From assembly GCA_035402985.1 (NCBI GenBank), contig DAONEH010000001.1, forward strand, positions 3,123 to 67,122: DNA of 64,000 nucleotides, read 5' to 3'. Below, piece after piece: positions 17,214-27,783 of the stretch. How positions within the stretch are numbered: the stretch's first letter is position 1; each line of letters starts with the position of its first letter. The notes under the pieces are model-generated. The model saw only the letters and a list, made by a program, of their open reading frames with translations, was not told the DNA's origin and ran no database searches. The position numbers and the translations under genes are program-made. The DNA comes from a bacterium. GTDB lineage: Bacteria; Patescibacteriota; Patescibacteriia; Patescibacteriales; UBA12465.

Positions 17214-17849
17214 TTATTTTGAATAAAACTCAATAATCATATAAGTTTTAATATTTGAAGGTAGATCTTGTTGTTGTGGTTCATGTAAAACTTTAACTGA
17301 TAATTCTTTAGCATCTAATCCTAACCAACTTTTTTGTTCCGGAGCTAAAGTTTTTAATTTTTCTGGTAGATTAACAAAATATCTATTCTTCTTAGAACTT
17401 TTTTTAATCTTTATAATTTGACCACTTTTTACTTGATAAGAAGGAATATTAACAGTTCGATCATTTATTGAAAAATGTCCATGATTTACTAATTGTCGAG
17501 CTTGAGTACGAGAACCAGCCAAACCAGAACGATAAATAACATTATCTAAACGCATTTCTAAATATTTTATAAAATTGTTTCCGATATCTCCACCCTTCTT
17601 TTGTATTTTATCAAAAGATAATCTAAATTGCTTTTCAGTTATTCCATACATCTTTTTAGTTTTTTGTTTTTCATTTAATTGCAAACCATAATCGCTAGAT
17701 CTTTTTTTACCTTTAGGTCCATGGAATCCTGGTGGATAATTTCTTTTAACCATAGCACATTTTGGAGATGAACAACGTTCCCCTTTTAAAAATAATTTTT
17801 CTCCAATACGGCGACATTGCTTACATTTTGAATCTAATGTTTTTCCCAT
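17214..17849 (-). CDS. rpsD: 30S ribosomal protein S4 (zinc-binding type)
   Basis: CKQCRR.GEKLFLKGERC...KC, LEMRLDNV.YR, ARQLVNHGH, IIEFYSK. Confidence 0.98.
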   Translation of the reverse strand: MGKTLDSKCKQCRRIGEKLFLKGERCSSPKCAMVKRNYPPGFHGPKGKKRSSDYGLQLNEKQKTKKMYGITEKQFRLSFDKIQKKGGDIGNNFIKYLEMRLDNVIYRSGLAGSRTQARQLVNHGHFSINDRTVNIPSYQVKSGQIIKIKKSSKKNRYFVNLPEKLKTLAPEQKSWLGLDAKELSVKVLHEPQQQDLPSNIKTYMIIEFYSK

Positions 17850-17869
17850 ATATATATTTTATTAATTGA

Positions 17870-18505
17870 TTAAACTCGACGAGGTTTTTTAGGACGACAA
17901 CCATTATGAGGAACACCGGTAGTATCTTTAATACTAGCAATTTCTAAACCATTAGCATTTAAAGCTCTAATAGCGGCTTCTCTACCAGTACCAACTCCAG
18001 CTACAAAAACCTTTACTTCCTCTAAACCATATTCTTCTTTAGCTTTTAAAACAGCAATTTTAGTAATTATTTGAGCAGCATACGGAGTTGCTTTTTTAGC
18101 ACCTTTAAAACCAGCCATACCCGCGCTAGCCCAAGAAATAACATTACCGCTTTTATCAGTTAAAGAGATAATAGTATTGTTATAAGTAGCATTAATATAG
18201 GCATGACCAGATTTTATTTTTATATTTTCCTTTTTCTTCTTTTTCTTTATTAATTTCTTTTTACTACGAGCTTGTTTATTTTTTTCTAATTTTTGTTTTA
18301 TTTCTTCTGGTAAATCTTCAATTTCATTTTTATTTTCATTTTTTAAATCATCATCAGAAAATAAATCATCATCGCTAGAATCAAAATCATCAGCTTCATC
18401 TACTAGAGCCATTTCATCTTTTTTATCCTCAGCTAAGGAATTATTTTTTTCATCCTTAACAATTTCTGTTTCAGGATTTGTTTTATCTTTTTTTTCTTCG
18501 GTCAT
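17870..18505 (-). CDS. rpsK: 30S ribosomal protein S11 with ~95-aa N-terminal extension
   Basis: [43 protein letters not shown]. Confidence 0.97.
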   Translation of the reverse strand: MTEEKKDKTNPETEIVKDEKNNSLAEDKKDEMALVDEADDFDSSDDDLFSDDDLKNENKNEIEDLPEEIKQKLEKNKQARSKKKLIKKKKKKENIKIKSGHAYINATYNNTIISLTDKSGNVISWASAGMAGFKGAKKATPYAAQIITKIAVLKAKEEYGLEEVKVFVAGVGTGREAAIRALNANGLEIASIKDTTGVPHNGCRPKKPRRV

Positions 18506-18543
18506 ATTTTAATTTTTAATATTTTATTATTGATAAATTAATT

Positions 18544-18939
18544 TTATGTCTTTTGAGCACCAGCTTTACTCTTACCAGAACCCATAGTAACTCTTTTATT
18601 ACCTCGAACAGTTCGACCATTAGTTTTAGTTCTTTGACCACGAACTGGTAAATGTTTAGTGTGACAAAAACCTTTTCGAGCACCAATTTCTTTATAACGT
18701 TTTATATTACTAGCTATTTCTCGACGTAAATCACCTTCAGTAATATATTTTTTTTCAATAATATCACGTAAAAGATTAGCTTCACTTTCTTTCAAATCTT
18801 TAACTCGAGTATCAGGATTAATTTTAGCTAAAGCTAAAATATCCTTGGAAAATTTAGGACCAATTCCATAAATATAAGTCAAAGCGGTTTCAACTCGCTT
18901 GTCATTTGGAATTGTGACTCCGGAAATTCTTACTATCAT
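18544..18939 (-). CDS. rpsM: 30S ribosomal protein S13
   Basis: [38 protein letters not shown]. Confidence 0.98.
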   Translation of the reverse strand: MIVRISGVTIPNDKRVETALTYIYGIGPKFSKDILALAKINPDTRVKDLKESEANLLRDIIEKKYITEGDLRREIASNIKRYKEIGARKGFCHTKHLPVRGQRTKTNGRTVRGNKRVTMGSGKSKAGAQKT

Positions 18940-18966
18940 AAATGTTATATTTAAAATAATTTATAA

Positions 18967-19080
18967 TTAACCTTGTCTTTGCTTATGTTTAGGATTAGAA
19001 CAAATAACATAAACTCGCCCTTTGCGACGAACTATTTTACAATCTTTACAAATTTTTTTAGCACTAGATCTAACTTTCAT
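18967..19080 (-). CDS. rpmJ: 50S ribosomal protein L36
   Basis: Not in the ORF track; hand translation [37 protein letters not shown], in the canonical position between infA and rpsM. Confidence 0.97.
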   Translation of the reverse strand: MKVRSSAKKICKDCKIVRRKGRVYVICSNPKHKQRQG

Positions 19081-19155
19081 AAGTATTTTATAACAGTTAA
19101 AATTTAATTTTAAACTATTGTTTAATTAGCAAAATAAAAAATAACAAAATAAACT

Positions 19156-19395
19156 TTAAAGGCGAAAAGTTATTCGTCCTTTGCTTAAATCATAAGGACT
19201 CATTTGAACTTTAACCTTATCACCGGGTAAAAGTCTAATTTTATTCATTCTCATCTTGCCCGATAAATGACCCAAGATTTCATGACCGTTCTCTAATTTT
19301 ATTTTAAAATTAGCTGCGGGCATTAGTTCTAAGATTTCTCCTTTTAACTCAATAAAATCTTTGGAATCAATTATAGAATTTTCATCGTTGTTCAT
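19156..19395 (-). CDS. infA: Translation initiation factor IF-1
   Basis: [37 protein letters not shown]; ATG at 19395 preferred over the track start at 19401. Confidence 0.96.
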   Translation of the reverse strand: MNNDENSIIDSKDFIELKGEILELMPAANFKIKLENGHEILGHLSGKMRMNKIRLLPGDKVKVQMSPYDLSKGRITFRL

Positions 19396-19494
19396 TAACA
19401 CAAAAAAACTTGATAGAGATAAAAATCTATATCAAAATTTTTTAAAAATACAAAAAAATTAATATTCTTAAAATATTATAAGGTAATTATATAT

Positions 19495-21396
19495 TTATTT
19501 GATATTATTGTCAAGAGGAATAAGAACGGCTTTTATTCTTCGAACCCCAGAACTAGAACTTTCTTCTTTCTGTATCTTAAAATAACCTAAATCACCAATA
19601 TTTTTAACATGAGGACCACCACAAATCTCTTTAGAAAACAAAGTTATCGGATTAGATGAAAAATCACCGATAGAATAAACTTTTACCCGATCACCATATT
19701 TACTCTCAAATACTCCGGTTGCTCCAGAAATTTTAGCTTCATTTAAAGTCATTTCTTCACACTGCACATCATATTTTTTAGAAATAGCTTCATTAACCAA
19801 ATCTTCAACTTGTTTTTTTTCTTCTTCGGTCATTTTATCTGGATAAGAAAAATCAAAACGCAAACGTTCAGCTGTAATATTAGATCCTCTTTGATTAACT
19901 TGAGAACCTAATACTTTTTTTAAAGAAGCTAATAATAAATGACAAGTAGTATGAAGTTTAGTGGTTGCTTCACTTTGATCAGCTAAGCCCCCTTTAAATT
20001 TTCCAACACTAGCTGTTTTTGATAATTCTTGATGTTTACAATATTCTTGTTTATACTCTTCAATAAAATTAGCTGATTTAATAATATTTTTTTCAGATAT
20101 AATTTCTTCCGTCATTTCTAGTGGATAACCATGAGTTTGAAAAAGATTAAAAGCAACAAAGCCATTTATTTCTTTTTTAGATTCGGCTAATGAATTTAAA
20201 ATCTTTTCTCCCCGTTCAATCATTTTACTAAATTTAGTTTCTTCTTCTTCTAAATTTTCTAATATAAAAGAAGTATTACGATCCAACTCTTCATAATCAT
20301 TTTTATAAAAATTAATAATTGTTTCCGCTATTTCTTTCAACCATTTATCATTTTTTATACCTAGTTGACGACCAGAACGTAAAGCTCGACGAAGAAGTCG
20401 TCGAATAATATATCCTTGGTCAGTATTAGACGGACTTAATCTTTTATCGTCCCCCATTAAAAAAACTGAAGACTTAATATGATCAGCTATTATTTCAAAA
20501 TATTTTTTATTATCTTCGTATTTTAAACCAGATAATTTTTCAATTTTTTTAATTAATTCTTTTAAAGAATCAATTTCAAAAATATTATTACAATTATTTA
20601 TAGCCATAGCAATTCTTTCTAATCCTCCACCAAAATCAACATTTTTGTTTTCTAATTCTTCCCAACCTGACTCTGTTTTCTTGTATTGCATAAAAACAGA
20701 ATTACCAATTTCTACAAAACGACCACAATCACAATTAGGATGACAATAAGGACCAAACTTAGGATCATGTTCTTGTCCAGTATCAAAAAAAGTTTCACTA
20801 TCAGGTCCACCTAATTCTCCAACGGCTTCACCTCGTTTCCACCAATTTTTATCTCGGTAAGCAAATATTTTTTGAAGAGAAAAATCTATTTTTTGTCCCG
20901 AACCACTTTCTCCCTTGCCTGTAGTTTCTGGACCTTCTTCGGCTATTACTCCATATTTTTTGTAAATATCTTTTAAAATTAAAACAGCTTCTTCATCTTT
21001 TTTAATTTTTTGACCATCACCTACATAAACTGATTGATAAATCCGATTAATATCTAAACCTAATTCTTCTATTAAAAATTCAAACCACCAATTTAATTGT
21101 TCTTGTTTAAAATAATCACCTAAACTCCAATTACCTAACATTTCAAAAAAAGTATTATGACGACCATCACCGACATCTTCAATATCTTCACTCCGAAAAC
21201 ATTTTTGACTATTAACCAATCGTTGACCCGCTGGATGTTTTTCCCCTAATAAATATGGGATAAGTGGTGACATACCAGCATTAACAAAAAGAATACTGGA
21301 ATCATTTTCTGGAATTAAAGAAGCACTAGAAATAATTTGATGTTTCTTTTTGGCAAAAAAATTTAAATATTTTTGTCTAATATCACTAGTAGTCAT
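19495..21396 (-). CDS. alaS: Alanine--tRNA ligase, short form lacking the C-Ala domain
   Basis: LFVNAGM, QKC.R, HNTFFEMLGNWS.GDYFK, VDFGGGLER, editing motifs HTTCHLL and EICGGPHV, SSGVRRIKA at the C-terminus. Confidence 0.96.
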   Translation of the reverse strand: MTTSDIRQKYLNFFAKKKHQIISSASLIPENDSSILFVNAGMSPLIPYLLGEKHPAGQRLVNSQKCFRSEDIEDVGDGRHNTFFEMLGNWSLGDYFKQEQLNWWFEFLIEELGLDINRIYQSVYVGDGQKIKKDEEAVLILKDIYKKYGVIAEEGPETTGKGESGSGQKIDFSLQKIFAYRDKNWWKRGEAVGELGGPDSETFFDTGQEHDPKFGPYCHPNCDCGRFVEIGNSVFMQYKKTESGWEELENKNVDFGGGLERIAMAINNCNNIFEIDSLKELIKKIEKLSGLKYEDNKKYFEIIADHIKSSVFLMGDDKRLSPSNTDQGYIIRRLLRRALRSGRQLGIKNDKWLKEIAETIINFYKNDYEELDRNTSFILENLEEEETKFSKMIERGEKILNSLAESKKEINGFVAFNLFQTHGYPLEMTEEIISEKNIIKSANFIEEYKQEYCKHQELSKTASVGKFKGGLADQSEATTKLHTTCHLLLASLKKVLGSQVNQRGSNITAERLRFDFSYPDKMTEEEKKQVEDLVNEAISKKYDVQCEEMTLNEAKISGATGVFESKYGDRVKVYSIGDFSSNPITLFSKEICGGPHVKNIGDLGYFKIQKEESSSSGVRRIKAVLIPLDNNIK

Positions 21397-21404
21397 ATAA
21401 AAAA

Positions 21405-22427
21405 TTATAATATATTAACTTCTTCTTCTAATTTAAGACCAAATTTAGTTTTTACTTCTTTCTTTATTATTTTAACTAAATTTAAAACATCTTTTTGTTT
21501 AGCTCCACCATAATTAACAATTATTAAAGCTTGTTTATCATATACCCCAACCGTAGCTAATCGTTCTCCTTTTAAACCACATTGTTCAATCAACCAAGCT
21601 GCTGGAATCTTAGCCTGACCATCTGAAATTATATATTTTATATCAGGAAATTTATTTTTTAAATCATCTAAAGTCTCTAAACTAATTAAAGGATTTTTAA
21701 AAAATGAACCAGCATTAGATAATAATGCGGGATTAGGTAATTTAGCATCTCTAATTTTTATTATAATATCAGCTAATTGTTTTAAACTAGGTTCCGTTAT
21801 TTTTTCTTCATTTAAAGTGTCCGAAATTCCAGGATAACTTAAATTTAATTTTTTATCCCTACTTAATTTAAATTCTACCCATAGAATAAAATACTTTCCT
21901 TTTAATTTTCCTTTAAAAATACTATGACGATAAGAAAATTCACAATCTTTTAAATTAAAATATTTTAATTCTCCTGTTTTTATATTAATAGCAGCTAAAT
22001 TATAGAAACAATCTTTTATTTCTGTGCCATAAGCTCCAATATTTTGTACCGGAGCAGCTCCTACTGTACCTGGGATATAAAAAGTATTTTCTAAACCATA
22101 CAAATTTTCTTCCATAGTAAAATTTACTAATTTTGACCATATTTCTCCACTATAAGCTTTAACAATAACACTTTTATCATTTTCACTTAAAAGTTCTAAA
22201 CCTTTTATTTCATTTTTTATAACTAAACCAGAAAAACCTCGATCAGAAAATAAAGTATTAGAACCTCCTCCTAAAATAAAAACTTTCTTACATTTCTTTT
22301 TGGCCCAACTTAAAGCCATTTTTAATTCTTCTATAGTTTTAACAATAACAAAAAATTTAGCTACTCCCCCTATTTTAAAAGTAGTATAATTAGCTAAATT
22401 AATATTTTTTTTTATTTCTAAATCCAT
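21405..22427 (-). CDS. murB: UDP-N-acetylmuramate dehydrogenase
   Basis: TTFKIGG.A, LGGGSN.L, IPGTVGAAPVQNIGAYG, NAGSFFKNP, LEEEV. Confidence 0.96.
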   Translation of the reverse strand: MDLEIKKNINLANYTTFKIGGVAKFFVIVKTIEELKMALSWAKKKCKKVFILGGGSNTLFSDRGFSGLVIKNEIKGLELLSENDKSVIVKAYSGEIWSKLVNFTMEENLYGLENTFYIPGTVGAAPVQNIGAYGTEIKDCFYNLAAINIKTGELKYFNLKDCEFSYRHSIFKGKLKGKYFILWVEFKLSRDKKLNLSYPGISDTLNEEKITEPSLKQLADIIIKIRDAKLPNPALLSNAGSFFKNPLISLETLDDLKNKFPDIKYIISDGQAKIPAAWLIEQCGLKGERLATVGVYDKQALIIVNYGGAKQKDVLNLVKIIKKEVKTKFGLKLEEEVNIL

Positions 22428-22430
22428 AAA

Positions 22431-23855
22431 TTAAACTTTTATTTTTAACCAATGATAAGCAATTCGAAAAATATCTCCCGCTCCCAATAATAATACTACA
22501 TCATTTGGTCCAATCTTATCAGGTAAATATTTCTCGGCCATATTTAAATCTTTTAGATACTTAACTACTTGTTTTTTATTTATAGTAGTATTATATTGCC
22601 TAATTTTTTCAATTAAATCAATACTAGAAATATGACCTTGTTTTTCTCGAGCTGAAGAATAAATTTCTATTAAATATAAACTATCACTTAATACAAAACT
22701 TTTAGCAAAATCATTTATTAATGCTTCAGTTCGACTAAAAGTATGAGGATGGAAAACAGTAATAATATTTTTATCGGCATAACGTTGTCTAACAGCTTGG
22801 AGTGAAGCTTTTATTTCGCTAGGATGATGAGCATAATCATCAATGATGACAGCTCCTTTATATTTTCCTAAAACATCAAAACGACGAGTTGCTCCCACAA
22901 AAGTAACTAAATGTTTTTTTATAATTTCTAAACTTAAACCCAATTCTAAAGCTGTAGTAATAACTGCTAAAGCATTAGAAATATTATGTCGTCCTGGTAA
23001 AGAAATTTTAAATCTACCTAAATTTTTATTATTTAAAAACAAAGAAAAACATTGACCATTTTCAGTAATTTCTATATCGCTAGCATAATATATTTTTTTA
23101 GCTTTATTTTCTATTATTTTATTATTATCACGAATATAATAAGCAATAGTTTTGCCAGAACATTCTTTAGAAGCTCTAGTAGCTAATTTATCTTCTAAAT
23201 TAAATACTAGCCAACCAGATTTAGGAATTTTTTTTATAAACTCAGCAAAAACTTTAAAGTATTGTTTTTTATCTTTAAAATAATCAGGATGATCAAAATC
23301 AATATTATTTAAAACTACACCTCGTGGATTAAAAAAACGTAATTTATTTTGGTATTCATCTGACTCCGCCACAAAATATTTAGATTTACCTATTAAGGCA
23401 CTACCCTTAAATTGTTTAACATAAGATCCTGTTAAAACATTAGGTTTTAATCCACTTTCTTTTAAAACATAGCCTAACCATGAAGTTACGGTTGTTTTAC
23501 CATGACTACCACAAACAGAAATACCATAATAATTATTAAATAATAATCCTAAGGCTTCAGCATAAGTAAGAAAAGTAATTCCTTGATCTTTAAAATATTT
23601 TAATTCCACATTATCATTAAAATTAAAGGCTGATGAATAAATTACTAAATCAATTTTTTTAGGAAAATTCTTTAAAGAAAATCCTTGTTTAACTTTAATT
23701 TTAGCTTGAGCCAAAGTTTTATCAGTTGGAAATCTATCACTCACATCAGAACCACTAACTACAAAACCAGTACCTTTAAGAAATTGGGCCAACATGGCCA
23801 TGCCTACCCCCTTAATACCAACCATATAGATATTTTTATAATCCGTTATTTTCAT
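22431..23855 (-). CDS. murC: UDP-N-acetylmuramate--L-alanine ligase
   Basis: GIKGVGM, GSHGKTT, AESDEY, DFDHPDY, DDYAHHP.EI, FHPHTFSRT, GAGD. Confidence 0.95.
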   Translation of the reverse strand: MKITDYKNIYMVGIKGVGMAMLAQFLKGTGFVVSGSDVSDRFPTDKTLAQAKIKVKQGFSLKNFPKKIDLVIYSSAFNFNDNVELKYFKDQGITFLTYAEALGLLFNNYYGISVCGSHGKTTVTSWLGYVLKESGLKPNVLTGSYVKQFKGSALIGKSKYFVAESDEYQNKLRFFNPRGVVLNNIDFDHPDYFKDKKQYFKVFAEFIKKIPKSGWLVFNLEDKLATRASKECSGKTIAYYIRDNNKIIENKAKKIYYASDIEITENGQCFSLFLNNKNLGRFKISLPGRHNISNALAVITTALELGLSLEIIKKHLVTFVGATRRFDVLGKYKGAVIIDDYAHHPSEIKASLQAVRQRYADKNIITVFHPHTFSRTEALINDFAKSFVLSDSLYLIEIYSSAREKQGHISSIDLIEKIRQYNTTINKKQVVKYLKDLNMAEKYLPDKIGPNDVVLLLGAGDIFRIAYHWLKIKV

Positions 23856-23861
23856 ATAAAA

Positions 23862-24950
23862 CTATTTTTTATTATTTATAATCTCTTTTATTAAATTAGT
23901 CATTTCATGATTACCATTTTTTATAACCTGAAAAATATTTTGACTTAATTTATTCTTTAATTCATCGTTATTTAATATTAATTTAATTTCTTTAATAAAA
24001 TCATCACTATTTAATTTTTTTTGATCTAAAATAATAGCGGCTTCTTTCTTTTCAAATTCTTGAGCATTATATTCTTGATGTGAGTCAGGCATTGGAATTA
24101 AAATAGTTGGTTTTTTAAAAAAAGATAATTCGGTTAAAGTAGCCAAACCACAACGCGATACCACTAGATCAGCTAAGGACATTAAAGCTAATAAATCAGG
24201 ATGGTTAATAAATTCTAATTTAAGATAATTTTCATAATCAATATCTTCGTTTCCTTTTATATCTCTCTCGGTAGAACCACTAATATGAATTATTTTAGAT
24301 ACTAACAGCAATTCTTCTAACGATTCCGCTGTTAATTTATTTAAAAAAGAAGATCCGGTTCCCCCACCTATAATTATAATCAAAGGTAATCTTAAATTAT
24401 TTAATTGATACTTATCCAAAATTTCATTTTTATTAAATTTAAAATTATTTAAATCTGGTCCTAAATTACCAATCCATCGGGCTTTAGAACCATAATATTT
24501 TTTAGCTTCAGGAAAAGTTACGGTAATAATTTTAGCTGTTTTAGACATTAATTTATTAGCTAAACCAGGTAAAACATCTTGTTGATGAACAATACTAGGA
24601 ATACCTAAAACCCAAGCTGCCCATGATAATGGTACGGCTACAAAACCACCTACACTAATTATTATTTTTGGTTTTATCTTTAATAATAAAAATAAAGATT
24701 GCCAAAAAGCTAAAAATATCAAAAAAATATCTACTAAATTTTTTAAAGAAAAATAACGACGCCATTTACCACTTAAAATAGCACTATAAGCTAAGCCTTC
24801 TTTTTTAATAATGCCTTTTTCTAAACCAGAATAGGTACCAATAAATAAAAAATCAAACTCATTATGTAATTCATAATAAATTTGTAATAAGGGAGTAACT
24901 GAACCACCGGTTCCCCCACCACTTAAAATTATTGTATCTTTTTTATTCAT
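23862..24950 (-). CDS. murG: Lipid II GlcNAc transferase MurG
   Basis: GGGTGGSV.P, GGFVAVP, HQQD..PGLANK, SRCG..T..E, HQEYNA. Confidence 0.94.
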   Translation of the reverse strand: MNKKDTIILSGGGTGGSVTPLLQIYYELHNEFDFLFIGTYSGLEKGIIKKEGLAYSAILSGKWRRYFSLKNLVDIFLIFLAFWQSLFLLLKIKPKIIISVGGFVAVPLSWAAWVLGIPSIVHQQDVLPGLANKLMSKTAKIITVTFPEAKKYYGSKARWIGNLGPDLNNFKFNKNEILDKYQLNNLRLPLIIIIGGGTGSSFLNKLTAESLEELLLVSKIIHISGSTERDIKGNEDIDYENYLKLEFINHPDLLALMSLADLVVSRCGLATLTELSFFKKPTILIPMPDSHQEYNAQEFEKKEAAIILDQKKLNSDDFIKEIKLILNNDELKNKLSQNIFQVIKNGNHEMTNLIKEIINNKK

Positions 24951-24955
24951 ATAAA

Positions 24956-26206
24956 TTAATTTCTTAATCTAAGATTATGTTTTTCTGATAATTCTTGACT
25001 ACTAATATTTAATAAAATACCACAAGCCATTAATAAAAATACTAAAGATGTTCCACCAGCACTTACAAAAGGAAGAGGAACACCCGTCATTGGAATTAAA
25101 TTAATCATTCCTCCAATATTTAAAAAAGCTTGAAAGAAAATCCAAACGGAAATACCAATAGCTAAAGATCGGCCATAAATATCAGGTGCTCGTTTAGCAA
25201 TTAAAGCTCCTTTTATAAATATAAAAAGATAAATTAATAATATCACGACTGAACCAACAAAACCAATTTCTTCAGCAATTACTGGAAAAATAGAATCAGC
25301 CCAAACTTCGGGTAAATAATTAAATTTTTGTAAACTATTTCCCAAACCTCTTCCCCATAAACCACCCGAACCAATAGCAATTAAAGATTGACTAACTTGA
25401 TAACAATTATCTTTGTCAAAATCAGGATCTTGTAAACATTTTATTCTAGTTAATTGATAATCTTTAATTAAACCATCATTAGAACTATTAGAAGTATCAA
25501 TTTGATTAGCTCGAGAAAATAACATTACCAAACCAATAACGGCTAGTAGAAACATCACCATTAATTGTTTCATATTACCTCCAGCGACAAAATAAATAGA
25601 TAGAGCAATTATAACTATCAACATGAAAGTTCCTAAATCTGGTTCTAGTAATAATAATATACCAATAAAAGAAATAACCACTAAAAATGGTAATAATCCT
25701 GTAGAAAATATTTTTAAATCATCTTGTCGCGTTTCAACCCAAGCAGCTAAATAAAAAATTAAAAAAAGTTTTACCGCTTCAGCTACTTGAAAAGATTGAC
25801 CAAAAACAATAATCCAACTATAAGAAGTGGCATATTCTGATCTAATTCCAGGAACAAAAACTAAAACTAATAACAAAATTGATAATAATAAAAAGAAAAA
25901 AGAAAATTTTTTAAAAATATGATAATTAACACGAGTTAAAATAAAAAATAATACTAAACCAATAACTAAAGCTATTGCTTGTTTTTTAACATAAAAATAA
26001 GTATCACCTTTTGCATAACCAGAAACTAAAGAAGCACTAAATAAAATAACCAAACCAAAAACCGCTAAAATAATAATAACGCTAAGCAATGATTTATCTA
26101 TCGGTTTTTTAATAAATGATCTACTATTAGTTAAATTATTACTAGATGATTTATTAATACCAGAATTAAACCAATTTGATTTTGTATTATTTTTATTTTT
26201 AAACAT
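24956..26206 (-). CDS. ftsW: SEDS peptidoglycan polymerase FtsW
   Basis: Multi-TM; FQ.AE..K, EPDLGT, YQ..QSLIAIGSGG..G.GLG.S.QK..YLPE...D.IF....EE.G, TGVPLPFVS.GGTS; dcw context. Confidence 0.92.
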   Translation of the reverse strand: MFKNKNNTKSNWFNSGINKSSSNNLTNSRSFIKKPIDKSLLSVIIILAVFGLVILFSASLVSGYAKGDTYFYVKKQAIALVIGLVLFFILTRVNYHIFKKFSFFFLLLSILLLVLVFVPGIRSEYATSYSWIIVFGQSFQVAEAVKLFLIFYLAAWVETRQDDLKIFSTGLLPFLVVISFIGILLLLEPDLGTFMLIVIIALSIYFVAGGNMKQLMVMFLLAVIGLVMLFSRANQIDTSNSSNDGLIKDYQLTRIKCLQDPDFDKDNCYQVSQSLIAIGSGGLWGRGLGNSLQKFNYLPEVWADSIFPVIAEEIGFVGSVVILLIYLFIFIKGALIAKRAPDIYGRSLAIGISVWIFFQAFLNIGGMINLIPMTGVPLPFVSAGGTSLVFLLMACGILLNISSQELSEKHNLRLRN

Positions 26207-26211
26207 TAAAT

Positions 26212-27261
26212 TTAATTAAAAGTTTTATCAGTAAAAAATATCATTAAACCAATGACCGCCATAATTCCAGCAATTAACCAGAAACGCATTACTACTTTAC
26301 TCTCCGGCCAACCCTTAGCTTGATAATGGTGGTGAATCGGAGCTGATAAAAAAACTTTCTTATGTCTAATTTTACGTGATAAAATTTGGATAATAACCGA
26401 AACTGATTCAACTACAAAAATAAATCCAATAAAAGGTAAAATTAAAACATTATTAGTAAGCATAGCAATAATACCTAAAGTTATACCTAAACTCATTGAA
26501 CCAGTATCACCCATATAAAATCGAGCGGGTGGAATATTAAACCATAAAAAAGCTAATAATGCTCCAATAATTACGGCACAAAAAACAGCTAAATCATAAC
26601 GACCCATAACAAAAGAAATAACCGCATAAGAAGAAAAGGATATTAATAGAGTTCCTCCAGCTAAACCATCTAAACCATCGGTTTCGTTAACCGAGAAAGA
26701 AGTAGCTACGAGTACTAGAATAAATACTGGTATATACCACCAAGATATTTCGGTATAACCTAAAAAAGGAATATGAATAGTAGTCCAATCAAGTTTAAAA
26801 TAAAACCATAAGGCACCAATTATTGCAATAAAAGTATAAATAAGTAAACGATGTTTCATTCTAAGACCACCGCCACCTAATACTCCCTTTTTTCTAACAT
26901 CCAACCAATCATCAAATAAACCAATCAAAGCTGAAGCTATTAAAGCACCTAAGGGCAATAATGTTTCTTTTTGTGATAAAAAATTAAAAGTAGAAGAAAA
27001 ACTTCCTGGAATAATTAAATTTAAAATATAAAAAAATAAAATAAGAATAAGGACTGTTCCCCAAATTAAAACCCCACCCATAGTTGGAGTTCCTTCTTTA
27101 TGAGCATGTAATTCACTAAAAATAGGAGTACTACCAGTATTTCTTATTTGTTTGCCTAATTTATGTTTATACAAAAAATTAGTTAAAAATGGTGTACAAA
27201 ACATTGCAAAAACAAAAGCTAAAGTAGCAAAAAATAAAACTCTAATTATTTGAAACTCCAT
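26212..27261 (-). CDS. mraY: Phospho-N-acetylmuramoyl-pentapeptide transferase
   Basis: K.GTPTMGG, G..DD, N.TDGLDGLA, PARFYMGDTGS, APIHHH. Confidence 0.97.
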   Translation of the reverse strand: MEFQIIRVLFFATLAFVFAMFCTPFLTNFLYKHKLGKQIRNTGSTPIFSELHAHKEGTPTMGGVLIWGTVLILILFFYILNLIIPGSFSSTFNFLSQKETLLPLGALIASALIGLFDDWLDVRKKGVLGGGGLRMKHRLLIYTFIAIIGALWFYFKLDWTTIHIPFLGYTEISWWYIPVFILVLVATSFSVNETDGLDGLAGGTLLISFSSYAVISFVMGRYDLAVFCAVIIGALLAFLWFNIPPARFYMGDTGSMSLGITLGIIAMLTNNVLILPFIGFIFVVESVSVIIQILSRKIRHKKVFLSAPIHHHYQAKGWPESKVVMRFWLIAGIMAVIGLMIFFTDKTFN

Positions 27262-27271
27262 AAAATTTTAT

Positions 27272-27685
27272 TTAAAAATTAATAGAATAAATCGAAAACA
27301 AAATTAAAATTAAAAAAATATTAAATAATAATAAAAAAGCTAATAAAAAATGAGACCAAAATTTAAAACTATCATTTTTTAAAAATTTTATTAATATTAT
27401 TTGATTTAAAATTATAAAAAATAAGCTAAAAACTGGAATTAAAAATAAATAATTTTTACTTCCAATTAAATCAATACCAAAATCAACATTATAATGTAAA
27501 ATAGCAATATCTTGATTTAAATAATGTCTCATGATAATAGTAGCTACCCATAAAACTAAATTTATAAATAATAAAATAGCTGAATAAACTTTAATAAAAG
27601 AATATAAAAATAAATTTTTTGCTGAAGTTTTAATGGTATTTGAAAAAGAAGTAAACTGATCGTATATTTTTATAAAAAAATTCAT
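27272..27685 (-). CDS. Small three-TM membrane protein (DUF1648-like)
   Basis: ILHYNVDFGID..G motif and three hydrophobic segments; first gene of the dcw unit. Confidence 0.6.
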   Translation of the reverse strand: MNFFIKIYDQFTSFSNTIKTSAKNLFLYSFIKVYSAILLFINLVLWVATIIMRHYLNQDIAILHYNVDFGIDLIGSKNYLFLIPVFSLFFIILNQIILIKFLKNDSFKFWSHFLLAFLLLFNIFLILILFSIYSINF

Positions 27686-27724
27686 AAAATAAATTTAAAA
27701 GATAAATTAAGCTAGGTCTTCTCT

Positions 27725-27764
27725 ATTTTAACATATTTAGTTATAATATAAAATATGTTATTAT
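27725..27764. promoter_or_regulatory. Back-to-back extended -10 elements forming an inverted repeat (divergent promoters)
   Basis: TATGTTAAAAT on - (27735-27725) and TATGTTATTAT on + (27754-27764); taacatattt...aaatatgtta. Confidence 0.5.
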
Positions 27765-27783
27765 TATAGCAAATAAATAAATT

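Noticed and set aside
19410-19435. Hairpin ttgatagagat-aaaa-atctatatcaa upstream of infA
   Set aside because: AT-rich imperfect stem; cannot distinguish an alaS terminator from a leader structure or chance.
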